In this document: one piece after another, positions 21,647-34,350 of the stretch
Position numbering within the stretch: position 1 is the first letter of the stretch
Layout: each line of letters opens with the position of its first letter
From: Squalus acanthias
Taxonomy: Eukaryota
Assembly (NCBI GenBank): GCA_030390025.1
Contig: JASTWF010000033.1
Coordinates: forward strand, 436,001 to 500,000
Length of the DNA stretch: 64,000 bases
Direction of reading: 5' to 3'
Made by a program: the position numbers and the translations under genes
The notes under the pieces: model-generated
Databases searched by the model: none
Seen by the model: the letters and a program-made list of their open reading frames with translations, nothing else
Told to the model about the DNA's origin: nothing

Positions 21647-24515
21647 TCAGTATCCCGTCCCCGCCTTCTGTCCGTAACCCTTAACCCCTTTTGCCTGTAG
21701 AAATATATCTAATTCCCTCTTAAATATATTTAATGAGCTGGCGTACACTGCCCTCTGTGGCAATGAGTTCCACAGGTTCACCACCCTCTGAGTGAAGAAA
21801 TTCCCCCTCATTTCTGTCCTAAATGGTTTAGCCCTTATCCTTAAATTATGTCCTCTAGTTCTGTTCTCACCCGCCAAGGGAAACATTCCTTCTGCATCTA
21901 GTCTGTCTAGACCTGTCAGAATTTTATACACTTCTATGAGGTCCCCTCTCAATCTTCTAAACTCCAGTGTGTACATCCCTAAACTACATAGTCTCTCCTC
22001 ATAGGTCAATCCCGCCATTCCTGGTATCAGCCTGGTGAATCGCCGCTGCACCCCCTCCATGGCAAGAACATCTTTCCTCAGATGAGGCGACCAAAACTGT
22101 ACACAGTACTCGAGGTGTGGTCTCACCAGTGCCCTGTACAGCTGCAGCAAGGTATCCCTGTTCCTGTATTCCAACCCTTTTGCTATGAAGGCCAGCATAC
22201 CGTTTGCCTTCTTGATCGCCTGTTGCACCTGCATGCTCGCCTTCAGTGACTGGTGTACAAGAACACCCAGGTCTCTCTGTACTTCCCCCTCTCCCAATTT
22301 ATTGCCATTTAAATAATAATTTGCCCCCGCGTTCCTGCACCCAAGGTGGATAACTTCGCACTTGTCCACATTATAGTGCATCTGCCATTTATCCGCCCAA
22401 TCACCCAGTCTGTCCAAATCGCTCTGGAGCTTCCTGGTCTCCTCCTCTGAGCCCACCCCCCCCTCCTAGTTTAGTGTCGTCTGCAAATTTGGAAATGCTG
22501 CATCCGACTCCCTGATCCAGGTCATTAATGTAAATTGTGAACAGCTGGGGACCCAGGACAGATCCCTGTGGTACCCCACTTGTTACTGCCTGCCATTCAG
22601 AAAATGAGCCGTTTATTCGAACTCTCTGTTTTCTATCTGACAGCCAGTTCTCTATCCACGTCAATACTTTCCCCTTTATCCCATGAGCTTCAATTTTCCC
22701 TGCTAATCTTTTATGTGGGACCTTATCGAAGGCCTTTTGGAAGTCCAGGTACACCACATCTACTGGCTCTCCCCCATCTATTTTACCAGTTACTCCCTCA
22801 AAAAAATCCAATAGATTAGTCAAGCACGATTTACCCTTTGTAAATCCATGTTGACTCTGTCCTATCCTGTCCCCATTTGCTAAGTGCTCCGCTATTTCAT
22901 CCTTAATGATGGACTCCAGCATTTTGCCCACAACTGATGTAAGGCTTACAGGTCTGTAATTACCTGCTTTTTCCCTACCCCCCTTTTTGAATAGTGGGGT
23001 AACGTTAGCTACCCTCCAATCCATGGGCACTGTTCCCGAGTCTAATGAATTCTGAAAAATCATACTTAGTGCATCCGCTATCTCTAGGGCCACCTCCTTC
23101 AGCACCCTAGGATGCATGTTATCAGGCCCTGGGGATTTGTCCGCCTTCAATCCCTTTAGCTTCCTTAACACCATATCCTTAGAGATATTGACTTGCGTCA
23201 GTTCCTCCTTTGCAAATGTCCCTATTTTTCCCGATATCCCAGGGAGGTTTTTTGTGTCTTCCTTCGTAAAGACTGACCCAAAGTATGCATTTAGTTGGTC
23301 TGCCATTTCCTTATTTCCCGTTATATATTCCCCCGTATCTGACTGCAATGGGCCAACTTTGGTTTTCACCAGTCTTTTCCTCTTGATATACTTATAAAAG
23401 CTTTTGGAGTTAGTTTTTATATTTTCCGCCAGCTTGCTTTCGTAAGCTATTTTGCCCCTCTTGATTAAGCCCTTTGTCCTCCTTTGCTCTATCTTAAACT
23501 GTTCCCAATCTTCCGCTCTGGCGCTTTTTTTGGCTATTTTATACGCCCTATCTTTGGATTTTATGCTGTCTCTAATTTCCCCTGTTATCCACGGTTGAGT
23601 CACCTTTTTAGATTTCCTTTTATGCCAGATTGGTATAAACAATTTTTGCAATTTTGTCATTCTATCTTTAAATGCTTGCCATTGTTTATCTACCTCCAGT
23701 CCTCCCAGGAACGTTGTCCAATCAGACCTACTCAGTTCCCGTCTAATGGCATCATAATTCCCCTTGTTTAAATTCAGGACCTTAGTATCTGAGTCAATTT
23801 CTTCGCTCTCCATTTCGAGTGAGAAATCGATCATGTTATGATCGCTCTGACCCAAGGGTCCCCGTACAACAAGATTACTAATTAGTCCCTTCTCATTGCA
23901 CAGTACCCAGTCCAATATAGCCTGTTCCCGAGTTGGTTCCTCGACATATTGATCCAGATAACCATCCCTTAAACACTCAAGGAATTCCTCCTCCTCATTA
24001 TTTTTACTGATTAGGCTATTCCAATCTATATGTAAGTTAAAGTCACCTATGATGACAGCTGTGCTCTTATTGCACGCTTCTCTAATTTCCCTCGTGATGC
24101 CCTCCCCAACCTCTATTTTACTATTTGGAGGCCTATATACCACTCCTATTAATGTTTTTCGCCCCTCGCTATTTCTTAGCTCCACCCATATAGATTCTGT
24201 ATTAACTGAGTTAATATCCTTCCTTTCAATTGCATTTATCCCTTCTTTTACCAGCAATGCTACCCCTCCTCCCTTTCTTTTTTGTCGATCCTTCCTAAAT
24301 ACTGAATACCCCTGTATGTTAAGCTCCCAGCCCTGCTCACCCTGCAACCATGTTTCCGTAATCCCAATTAGATCATAATTATTAACCTCTATTTCCACAG
24401 CTAATTCATCTACCTTGTTCCTGATGCTTCTCGCATTAAGGTATAAAACCCTCAGGCTTTTTTTATGCTCACATTTTTTATGAATTAGTTTGGCCCTTTG
24501 TTTTTTGTTCCTCAC
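21647..24515 (-). CDS. CR1 ORF2: APE endonuclease plus reverse transcriptase, with one +1 frameshift at a C8 run (22456-22463)
   Basis: 704 aa and 269 aa ORFs containing YLNARS, GITETW, GDFN, SDH, QGSVLGP and FADD. Confidence 0.93.
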
Positions 24516-24589
24516 CCTTTTACCATTTATTTCTGTCTGCCTTTCACTTTCCTCTATTTCACTACATAGGTTTCTAGCCCCCTGCCATA

Positions 24590-25300
24590 CTAGTTTAAAT
24601 GCTCCCGAACTGCTTTATCAAAAATTACCCCGAGAACATCAGTTCCATCTTTGCACAGGTGTAGACCGTCCCTTTTGTATAGGTCACACCTACCACAAAA
24701 CTGGTTCCAATGCCTCAAAAATTTAAAACCCTCCCTCTTACACCACTGCTCAAGCCACGTATTTAGCCTAACTATCCTGTTCTCTGTACTCTTACTAGCA
24801 CGTGGCACTGGTAGTAATCCAGAGATTACTACCTTCGAGGTCCTACTTTTTAGCTTGGCTCCTAACTCCCTAAATTCTACTTGTAGGACCTCTTCCCTTT
24901 TTTTAGCTACGTCGTTGGTACCAACATGTATCACTACAACTGGCTGCTCCCCCTCCCCCTCCAGAATGTTCTGCACCCGCGCCGAGACATCCTTGACCCT
25001 TGCACCAGGGAGGCAACATACCATCCTGGAGTCTCGGTCGCGACCACAGAAACCCCTATCTATTCCCCTTACAATCGAATCCCCTATTACTATAGCCCTG
25101 CCACTCTTTTTCCCTCCCTTCTTTGCAACAGAGCCAGTCATGGTGCCATGAGCCTGGCTGCTGGTGCCTTCCCCCGATGAGTCATCCCCCCCGACAACAG
25201 CACCTAAGGCGGTGAACCTGTTGCTAAGGGAGACAACCCCAGGGGATTTCTGCACTACCTTCCTGCCCTTGCTCTGCCTTTTGGTCACCCATATACTATC
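24590..25300 (-). CDS. CR1 ORF1 C-terminal SGNH/GDSL esterase domain
   Basis: Motifs [19 protein letters not shown] and DGLH. Confidence 0.9.
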   Translation of the reverse strand, partial: DSIWVTKRQSKGRKVVQKSPGVVSLSNRFTALGAVVGGDDSSGEGTSSQAHGTMTGSVAKKGGKKSGRAIVIGDSIVRGIDRGFCGRDRDSRMVCCLPGARVKDVSARVQNILEGEGEQPVVVIHVGTNDVAKKREEVLQVEFRELGAKLKSRTSKVVISGLLPVPRASKSTENRIVRLNTWLEQWCKREGFKFLRHWNQFCGRCDLYKRDGLHLCKDGTDVLGVIFDKAVREHLN

Positions 25301-25398
25301 TACGCTCACAAGTCTCACTGAACAGTAGTTAAGAAAGATTCCAGTGACTGTGAATGGTCGGAGAGCTGGAGAAAACAGAGTTGGCTCAGAGGAGCGCA

Positions 25399-25470
25399 CG
25401 TGGAATGGTGTAATGGTGAGCACTCTGGACTTTGAATCCAGTGATCTGACTTTAAATCTCGGTGGAACCT
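25399..25470 (+). pseudogene. tRNA-Gln(TTG) pseudogene
   Basis: ATGGTGTAATGGTGAGCACTCTGGACTTTGAATCCAG...AAATCTCGGTGGAACCT; the B box is mutated. Confidence 0.87.
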
Positions 25471-25794
25471 GAATTCTTGTCCCGGCTGTTGGAAAATTTG
25501 GAAAAAACAATGAAAAGTCTCCTGGAAACCGATCGCTGCTCTGGGCCGTTTGCTGCCTTCATCAATGGGGATTGATCTCCTTGTCTAGATGTCCAATCAC
25601 AAGCTCAGCCTGTCTTTCCCTGTTCCAAATCAGCGGAAGTGAAAGTTGTTTGTTGTCCAATGCAGCGTCTGTCTGCACAACATCATGGTGTTTGCTGAAC
25701 TTCTCTTTGTAATCTGCATTCAGAAGTCAGACTTGTAGAGTTTCAAAGCATTGCTTCTTGAAATGCAGACATTGCATGTACTGTGTTCTCGCAC

Positions 25795-26172
25795 TAGTGC
25801 AAATCCCTCCATGGCCTCGCCCCTTTCTATCTCTGTAATCTCCTCCAGCCCTACAACTCCCCGCGATATCTGCGCTCCTCCAATTCAGGGCTCTCAACAG
25901 CCCTGACTTTAATCGCTCCACCATGGGTGGCCGTGCCTTCAGCTGCCGAGGACCTCAGTTCTGGAATTCCTTCCCTGAACCTCTCCGCCTCTCTATCTCT
26001 CTTTTCTCTTTTAACACGCTCCTTAAAACCTACCTCTGTGACCAACTTTCGATCATCTGTGCTAATAATTCCTTTCGCGGCTGGGTGTCACAATTTATTT
26101 CAGAACCCTCCTGTGAAGCGCCTTGGGACGGTCTACGCCGGTAAAGGCGCTAAATAGATGCAAGTTGTTGTT
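25795..26172 (+). mobile_element. L2-clade LINE 3' fragment
   Basis: Peptide GGRAFSCRGPQFWNSFP and tail GTGAAGCGCCTTGGGAC...AAAGGCGCTAAATAGATGCAAGTTGTTG. Confidence 0.8.
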
Positions 26173-26229
26173 TATGACAAAAGAGGCATGTTTCTTTCAA
26201 ATATTTGCTCTCAATAAGATGTTAGTGTC

Positions 26230-26300
26230 GGTTCCATGGTGTAATGGGGAACACTGTGGACTTTGAATCCAGCGACCTGATTTAAATCTCAGTAGGACCT
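26230..26300 (+). pseudogene. tRNA-Gln(TTG) pseudogene
   Basis: GGTTCCATGGTGTAATGG...GGACTTTGAATCCAGCGACCTGA...GACCT; the B box is damaged. Confidence 0.85.
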
Positions 26301-26564
26301 GATTTGTGTCAATCTCTGTGTTTTACATGTAAATGCAGACACTTGTTAAAATCTGCGGACAGATCGATTCTAGACTACAACATTCCACAAACCCCCAGTC
26401 GCCTGAACTGCTGCTTCAATCCATGTTACTGGAGCTCTCAGTCCAGCTCCTGGTACAATGACAGATTTTGCTCTTGACTGAGATAGTTCACTTTTCAGTT
26501 GAAACGATTCATCTCTTTGCGTCAGACAACAAGTGCCACTGAACTGGAATCAGAAAAGATAACA

Positions 26565-26748
26565 AATGCAAAATACTGCGAATGCTAGAAATCTAAAAAA
26601 AAAAACAGAAAATACTGGAAAATCTCAGCAGGTCAGGCAGCATCTGTGGAGAGAGAAACAGAATTAACGTTTCAGGTGAATGCCCCTTTGTCACAACTCT
26701 GTTGATCTCTCCACAGATGCTGCCTGACCTGTTGAGTATTTCCAGCAT
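26565..26748. mobile_element. Palindromic Penelope-like fragment
   Basis: Inverted arms CTCAGCAGGTCAGGCAGCATCTGTGGAGA / TCTCCACAGATGCTGCCTGACCTGTTGAG surround a degenerate hammerhead-like core. Confidence 0.65.
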
Positions 26749-26823
26749 TGGCAGAAACGATTCCACTGTCTGTGAATGGTAGCAAAGATTGAGAAAACAG
26801 AGTTGGCTCAAGCAGCGGGTGTG

Positions 26824-26895
26824 TGTTCCATTGTGTAATGGTGAGCACTCTGGACTTTGAATCCAGTGATCTGAGTTTAAATCTCGGTGGAACCT
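26824..26895 (+). pseudogene. tRNA-Gln(TTG), probable pseudogene
   Basis: TGTTCCATTGTGTAATGGTGAGCACTCTGGACTTTGAATCCAGTGATCTGAGTTTAAATCTCGGTGGAACCT. Confidence 0.88.
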
Positions 26896-27760
26896 GATTT
26901 CTTCTTGTCCCAGCTGTTGGAAAATTTAGAACAAAGAAGTAAAAGGCACCTGAGCCAATCGCTGCTCTGGGCAGTTTGCTGCCTGAATCAATGAGGATTG
27001 AGGTCCTTGTCTATCTGTCAAATCATAATTTTCCTGTTCAAAATCAGCGGAAGAGAAAGTTTGTTGTTCAATGCAGCGTTTGACTGCTCAACAGAATGCT
27101 GTTTGATGAAATGTTCATTTCCATCTGCATTCAGCTGGTAGACATGAAGAACTTCAAAGCAGTGCTTCCTCAAATTCAGGCATTGCATGGATTGTGTTCT
27201 CGCCCTCGAGCAAAGTTGATATTGTCTTTTCAAGCTTTGTGCATCAGTGCCTTGCAATGCTTATACACTTTCTATCTGATAAGACTGTAATAAAACCTGT
27301 GCTGTGCAGTGTGAAACAGAAGCAGCGACTTGAGAACCGATAGCCTTGACGGCAGCTGTGTGATTAGCTCAGCATCGACACTTAGCAGCGGGGAAAGTGT
27401 TGAATCTGTAGCTATGGATGAGGAAAGGCCGAGCCCAAGTGGAATAAAGGAGATAACCTTGCCCACTATTCGCAATTTTGCTGGGCGGAAAGGTTTGCAA
27501 GTAGCCTTGAGGGGGCAGCAATGTATCGCCATTGAGTGCTGGTCCCCGCCACAAACTCCGTTCCCTGGCCACCGACTCCATCCCTATCCCTGGCCGCTGT
27601 CTGTGGCTGAACCAGTCTGTTCGCGACCTTGGTGTCGTATTTCACCCACCTGGCGCAGTGGGATTTAAACTCACGGCCCCGGATCATTAGTCCAGGTCTC
27701 TGGATTACTGGTCGAGTAACAGAACCACTGTGACGCCATAGCACGTCATTAATCGTTAAA

Positions 27761-30320
27761 CATAGAAACATAGAAAACATAGTAAAATAGGAGCAGGAGT
27801 AGGCCATTCGGCCCTTCGAGTCTGCTCCGCCATTCAATATGATCATGGCTGATCCTCTATCTCAATACCATATTCGTGCTCTCTCACCATACCCTGTGAT
27901 ACATTTTTTTTCTAGAAATGTATATCATTCTTAAATATATTCTGGTGAACCTTCGCTGCACTCCCACTATGGCAAGTATGTCTTTTCTTAGTTTAGGTGA
28001 CCAAAAGTGCACACTGTACTCCAGGTGTGGTCTCACCAAGGCCCTGTATAACTGTAGTAAGACATCCTTGCTCCTGTACTCAAATCCTTTTGCAATGAAG
28101 GCCAACATATCATTTGCCTTCCTAACTGCTTGCTGCATGTTTGCTTTCAGTGAATGGTGTACAAGGACACCCATGTCCCTGTGTGCATCAACATTTCCCA
28201 ATCTATCACCATTTTAATAATACTCTGCCTTTCTGGTTTTCCTACCCAAGTGGATAACTTCACAGTTATCCACGATATACTGCATCTGCCATGTATTTGC
28301 CCACTCACTCAACTTGACTAAATCGCCATGAAGCCTCTTTGCATCCTCCTCACAACTCACAATCCCACCTAGTTTCGTGTCATCTGCAAACTTGGAAATA
28401 TTCAATTTGGTTCCCTTATCCAATCATTGATATATATTGTGAAAAGCTGGGGCCCAAGCACTGATCCCTGTGGTACCCCACTAGTCACCGCCTGCCACCC
28501 CGAAAAAGACCCATTTATTCCTACTCTCTGTTTCCTGTCTGTTAACTAATTTTCAATCCATGCCAGTATATTACCCCCAATCCCATGTGCTTTAATTTTA
28601 CACACTAACCTCTTATGTGGGACTATATTAAAGGTCTTCTGAAAATCCAAATACACATATCCACTGGTTCTTCCTTATCTATTCTAACAGTTACATCCTC
28701 AAAAATTCCAGTAGGTTTGTCAAACACAATTTCCCTTTCATAAATCCATGTTGACTTTGTCTAATCCCGTTGATATTTTCTAAGTGTCCTGTTATCACAT
28801 CCTTTATAATAGACTCTAGCATGTTCCCTACTACTGATGTTAGGCTAACTGGTCTGTAGTTCCCTGTTTTCTCTCTCCGCCCTTTTTTAAATAGTGACTT
28901 TACATTTGCCACCCTCCAATCTTCAGGATCTGTTCCATAATCTATAGAATTTTGGAAGATGAAAACCAAGGCATCCACTATTCCCATAACTACCTCTTTT
29001 AGTACTCTGGGATGCGGATTTTCAGGCCCTGCCGATTTATCGGCTTTCAGTTATATTAATTTCTCCAAAACAATTTTTTTACTAATACTAATTTCCTTTA
29101 ATTCCTCCTTCTCACTAGACCTTTGGTTCCCTAGCATTTCTGAAAAGTTATGTGTGTCCTCTTTCTTGAAGACAGAACCAAAGTATTTGTTTAATTGCTC
29201 AGCCATTTCCTTGTTCCCCATTATAAATTCTCCCGTTTCTGACTGTAAGGGATCTACATTTGTCTTCACTAATATTTTTCTTTTTAGATGCATGTAGAAG
29301 CCTTTGTAGTCCACTTTTATGTTCCTTCTTAATCAATCTCGTGGTCCTTTTTTGCTGAACTCTAAACTGCTCCCAATCCTCAGGCTTGCTACTTTTTCAG
29401 GCAACTTTATATGCCACCTCTTTGGATGTAATACTATCCTTAATTTCTTTTGTTAGCCATGGTTGGGCCGCTTTTCCTTTTGTGTTTTTGCGCCAGAAAG
29501 GAGTGTATAACGGTTGCAATTCATGCATTCGTTCCTTAAATGTTAGCCATTGCCTATCCACCATCATGCTTTTTAATGAAGCTCCCCAATCTATCACAGC
29601 CAACTCACTCTTCATACCTTCGTAGTTTCCTTTGTTTAGTTTAAGAATCCTAGTTGCGGATTGGACTTCTTCACTTTCCATCTTAATGAAGAATTCTATC
29701 ATGTTATGGTCACTCTTCCCTAAAGGACCCTGCACAACAAGTTTATTAATTATTCGCTTCGCATTCCACAATACCCAATCTAGGATAGCCTGTTCCCTAT
29801 TTGGCTCCTAAACGTACTGTTCCAAAAAAGCCATCTCGTACACACTCCAGGAATTCATCCTCCACAGTATTATTGCTAATTTGGTTTGGCCAGTCTATAA
29901 GTAGATTAAACTCACCCATGATTACTGTCGTACTCTTGTTACATGCATCTCTAATTTCCTGTTTGATGCCATCCCCTACATTACCACTACTGTTTGGAGG
30001 CCTATAGACAACTCCCACCGATGTTTTCTGTCCTTGGTGCTGCTTAGCTCCATCTAGACTGATACTAGATCTTGATTTTCTGAGCCAATATCCTTTCTCA
30101 GTAATGCACTGATTTCATCCTTTACTAACAACGCCACCCCACCTCCTTTTCCTTTATGCCCGTCCTTCCTAAATATCGAATATCCTTGGATATTCAGCTC
30201 CCAGCCTTGGTCACCCTGCAGCCATGTCTCCGTAATCGCAATTATATCATATCCGTTTACGTATATTTGCGCTGTTAATTCGTTTACCTTATTACGAATG
30301 TTTCTTGCTTTCAGATAAAG
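27761..30320 (-). mobile_element. Decayed CR1 LINE covering nearly all of ORF2
   Basis: A colinear series of EN and RT fragments ([35 protein letters not shown]) with many frameshifts. Confidence 0.93.
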
Positions 30321-30604
30321 TTAATGAGCAGCACAGAGTCTGAAGCTGGAAAAGTAAGTTAGAACAGTGAATTCAATACCAAATCAGGCACAGAAAGCGA
30401 AATAAAGAGAGGAAAAGAAAGATTGGATCAAGAGAGAGAAAAAACAAACAGAATAAAGTAAAAATATTTTAATTATTTTAAAAATCTAATACAATTGAAT
30501 TCTGAATGAATGAGACTCCACATGTATATAGGTTAATTTTCGGTGCCAGAGAGGTTATTTGGCAGTAATTAAGACTTATTAAGACCGTTGAAAAGGGGAC
30601 TTAT

Positions 30605-31240
30605 ACTGAAATGGACGGGGTTGCTGCGGTGTGTGAAATATGGTGACGATCTCGGGTTATTATCCGAGGCGACGCTACAGGATCCTTTATAAATCTCCCA
30701 CGGATCCACTGAAACCAGTCGAATGTGCAGCTTTGAGAGGAGCTTTCTGCACCGTCAGGGCAGAAAACGGGAGTGAAGGAGGGACACCTTCGGAATCTGT
30801 GCTGAGTTTGAGTCTGTGTAGAATTGTACAAAGAAAATATACGGATTCTGTGAGAAATGTCATTTTACTCATAGAGTCTTAACTGCAAAGAAGGGGCCAT
30901 TCGGCTCATCGAGTCCGCGCCGACTCTCTGTAGAGCAATCCAGTCAGTCCCATTCACCCGCTCTATCCCAGTAGCCCTGCAAGTTTATTTCCCTCAAGTG
31001 CCTGTCCAGTCTCCCCTTGAAAACATTGAGCGTCTCTGCTTCTACCACTTCCCTTGGCACCGACTACCAGTTCATCACCACTCGCTGCGTATTTAACCGC
31101 AACAGGAATTCTTCAATTTTGCATATTTATTCAATTTTAATGGGGAAGGTTTTCAAAATGTTTCCGCTCAGTTTCGAACCGTGGACTTTTCGCGTGTGAA
31201 GACAAACATGATGACAACTACACTGCGGAAACTCTGGCCC
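30605..31240 (+). repeat. Diverged paralogue of 5122-5545 (tRNA-Val unit), with a CR1 tail inserted at ~30870-31090
   Basis: Shares GAAATGGACGGGGTTGCTGCGGTGTGTGAAATATGGTGACGATCT and the downstream sequence. Confidence 0.85.
31159..31232 (-). pseudogene. tRNA-Val(CAC) pseudogene
   Basis: TGTTTCCGCTCAGTTTCGAACCGTGGACTTTTCGCGTGTGA...CTACACTGCGGAAAC. Confidence 0.85.
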
Positions 31241-31490
31241 GGCAAAGGTTGTAAGAACAATACAGAAGAGAACCGCAGTCTACAAATGCAGGTCCGGGAT
31301 TAACATTTGTATTAATATACTTTATTATCTTAATTTGACAAAACTCATTAAACTCTGTAAAATGATGAACAATTGTTCTAATTGATGAATCAACTTTCTG
31401 TTTCAGTCTGAAGGAAATCCTAACATGGTCACCGAGTGATAACACCATAGCTTGTGGGTTCGACTCCCATACGGAACCATTATACTTATT

Positions 31491-32211
31491 GGGCCGGATA
31501 TTCCAATTGCTAGGTGTGTCCGCGTTGTGGACACACCCGCGGGGATATTGGAAATGCCGGTTTCAGGCATGCGAAGCCCATACGCTGAAACCGGCATTTC
31601 CGTTCTGTCAAGAATGCTCTTGACAGATTGGATGCCTTCCCTGGAGAAGGGCTTCTGTGGGCGGATAGTTTCGCTTTCTGGAGAACCTCTGCCCTTAAAA
31701 ATCTTACAACTGGTAAAAGCAGGCGTAAGATTTGAAAAAAGTTAAAAACTTTTTTTTTCACTCATTTATCATTTAAAAATACTTCAAAAAAGGTAAGTTT
31801 ATTTTTAGCCCCATAATAATCTTTAATTATTTTTTTCAAAAGATTACATTTTTGTTTAAAATATTTAATTTATTGTAATTTCAACTAATTTTAAAAATGT
31901 GGTTAAAAATATATATATTTAATATTTTAAAGTGTTTTTGGGGTGATCTCCATTCATATATTTGACAGGTCTATCTGTCAAGTGTATGAAGGGAGATTCT
32001 CTTCTTTGATTGGCTACACATGACCTGCGTGATCCCAGGAACGCTTGCGAAACGCATGCGCCTCTGGTATACGTGGGCCCTGCAGATTTCGAGTTGGAGA
32101 GCCCCAGGAGCGGAAGTGCCCGGCCCTCGGGAGCCCTCAGGTAAGTCAGTAGATTTTCTCCAGATCGGAGGTCTCCGCACGCGGGAAGCGTCCGATCGGA
32201 AAATAGGGCAC
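31491..32211. mobile_element. Harbinger-type MITE (same family as 8952-9554)
   Basis: GGGCCGGATATTCC ... GATCGGAAAATAGGGCAC ends; internal homology to the 8952 copy. Confidence 0.8.
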
Positions 32212-32510
32212 ATAATTTATTACGTCACGGTCTTTTCTAACATTTAATATACAAGCTTTACAAAGAAAGAAGTGGACAAGGCTTTAGTTTAGCACATATG
32301 CATCAAATGAAATGTTCACCCGGCAGCGCGAGAGAGAAAATTCAGAGAAAAGGACAGAAGCAAATAGATGAATAAAAACGATATACATATTTCCCATCCT
32401 TGTTGTTTCTCTATTCCATCGCCAACCCTTCAGTGCCGGATAAATAATTTCAGTTAAAATCGTTTAGTTCGAGAACCGGCACCTGCACAAAACTCAAATG
32501 AACTGAAAAC

Positions 32511-32571
32511 TGCCGAAACCCGGGATTGAACCAGGGAACTTTAGATCTTCAGTCGAACGTTCATCCAACTG
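32511..32571 (-). pseudogene. tRNA-Phe(GAA) pseudogene, 5' end truncated at an inversion breakpoint
   Basis: TGCCGAAACCCGGGATTGAACCAGGGAACTTTAGATCTTCAGTC...CCAACTG. Confidence 0.87.
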
Positions 32572-33420
32572 TTCGCACAAAATGACATTTTAAATGAGAA
32601 CACAAAAGACAAGTTCGCGCAACCACAGCACCAAGTGCGGGTAGGCATCCACTTGAAATGCACAGTGAGGTGAAATATTACCACAAGCTGCTGATGGACA
32701 TGTTTCCATGTCTAAAACACACGAAGCTGACAATGCAGCTCCTGGGAAAACTGCCAATCCACGCAGGGCTTTCCTGCATCGTTTGAAACAACAGTCAGAC
32801 ACAAGATTCTGCCAGTTTCAAATGGCGTCTCCTTCTGCTCCTATCACATCTTTCCCTCCAGCCTCCTCTGCTCCTCCAGCCTGCAGGTGAATTAGATGCT
32901 TGATGCAAACGCGGCGAATTCATGACACAAACCCTTACCTTTCCCTCCAAAAACAGTAGCGCTTGCTCTGTAGCGGAAATAAAGCAGTTGGGGGAGCGAC
33001 TGGAGATCGTAAAGGTCCCTGGTTCAGACCCGGGTTTCACTAATTTAAAGTTTATTTGAGTTTCTTTCCGCTGTTATTCTCGACCGGAACGATTTAAACT
33101 GGAATTACTTATCTGGCACTGAAGGGTTGGTGATGGAATATAGAGGCATCAAGGATTTATATATATATAGTTTTTTTTTAATATCTATTCTCTTCTGTGC
33201 TTTTCTCTGGATGTTGTGTATCTCGGTGCCGGGCGAACATTTTATTGATGCATTTGTCCTGAACTGAAGCCTTTTGCCCATCTCGCGGGGTCAGAGCCGC
33301 TCTGTATGTCTCTTCCTGATTGTGACCATTAACGGGAACAGGCCGCCAGTTCAAAGTTCATCAGCAAACCCAGAAACACAAATAAACAGAAAGATGAGTC
33401 TCTCCGCCCCGCTGGCAAAG
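32572..33420 (-). repeat. Inverted paralogue of ~4065-5085
   Basis: Reverse-complement match; ORF 32708-32890(+) mirrors ORF 4763-4945(-). Confidence 0.9.
32973..33041 (+). pseudogene. Degenerate tRNA-Phe
   Basis: GCGGAAATA...CAGTTGGGGGAGCG...TAAAGGTCCCTGGTTCAGACCCGGGTTTC. Confidence 0.75.
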
Positions 33421-34350
33421 GTGGCCGTCATTTTACAGAAGGCAAGGAAGTGTATTTTGGATTGCTGTACAGAATGATGCGCTGCTGACTGTTGCGGCAG
33501 TAGCAGCGGTGCAGCAAGTTGAAAGCTTGATCAGGGTGCTTTGATTGGTGGCAGTTCAAACAGCCCCAAAACCCAATGTTTCCTTACCGAGAATCGAATC
33601 CGGGCCGTAGCTTTTCTCAGAGACAGAAAGAAAGACAGAGACACACAGACAGAGAGAAGCCGTCGGGAAATTGAACACTGGTCACTTTACTATCAAGGAC
33701 CTGGTAGAGGAAGTAGTTATGCAGTGCTTGAGGCAAAGATTCAAACACACAGACAGACATGTGTGTGTGCTCTCTTTGTGTATGTATGTCTCAGATATCA
33801 GCCTTGCAAATTTTTCCCATTCAATGATTTATCCAATTCCCTTTTGAAAGTTCCTATTGAATCTGCTTCCACCGCCCTTTCAGGCAGCGCAATCCGGAAC
33901 ACACTCCCTGAGTCACTGGGCTTATCCACTTGTTTGCTGCCTCTGTTTTTTCTCGGTGCAATATTTAGTTTTGAGCTTCTGGCAATAATTGTCCACTAAT
34001 CGATCAAAGGGGAAAGTGACTGAGAAATAAACAGTGTCTGTGGCTGCATAAAACAGACATACTTTTTCCACTGATATGCCAATTTATTTATCCGCATCAA
34101 ATCAGAAATTGAGCAGCTAAAATGATATTACAGTTCAATACAGAACAGAGTGAATAAATTAAAATACCTCAGGACGGGGATGGAGCCTCGGCCCTTCCCA
34201 CTGAAGATCTAAATTATATGATTGATTATTGATGTTGGCCGATTTATTTCTACACCTTGGAATTCTGGACAACCTACTTCATTAGTTGTAGAACAAGCTG
34301 AGCCGACAGCTCCCTCCCTGTAACAACAGATAAGGGTAAGCCAGCAATAG

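Larger units (their letters stand above)
21541..25318 (-). mobile_element. Young near-full-length CR1 LINE (5' truncated within ORF1)
   Basis: ORF1 esterase, ORF2 EN-RT, 3' UTR and an (ATAGATAC)n tail on the plus strand at 21541-21567. Confidence 0.97.

Noticed and set aside
21792..25180. Plus-strand ORFs overlapping CR1 copies
   Set aside because: Antisense shadows of LINE ORFs that recur with each copy.
25318..25510. N-terminal extension of the 306 aa ORF1
   Set aside because: It reads through flanking DNA and an antisense tRNA-Gln; the element is 5' truncated near 25318.
33575..33690. Short minus-strand Glu-like and Asp-like T-arm fragments
   Set aside because: Only about 30 nt each; plausible remnants but too short to call. 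The same applies to an Ile-like fragment near 31435-31479.
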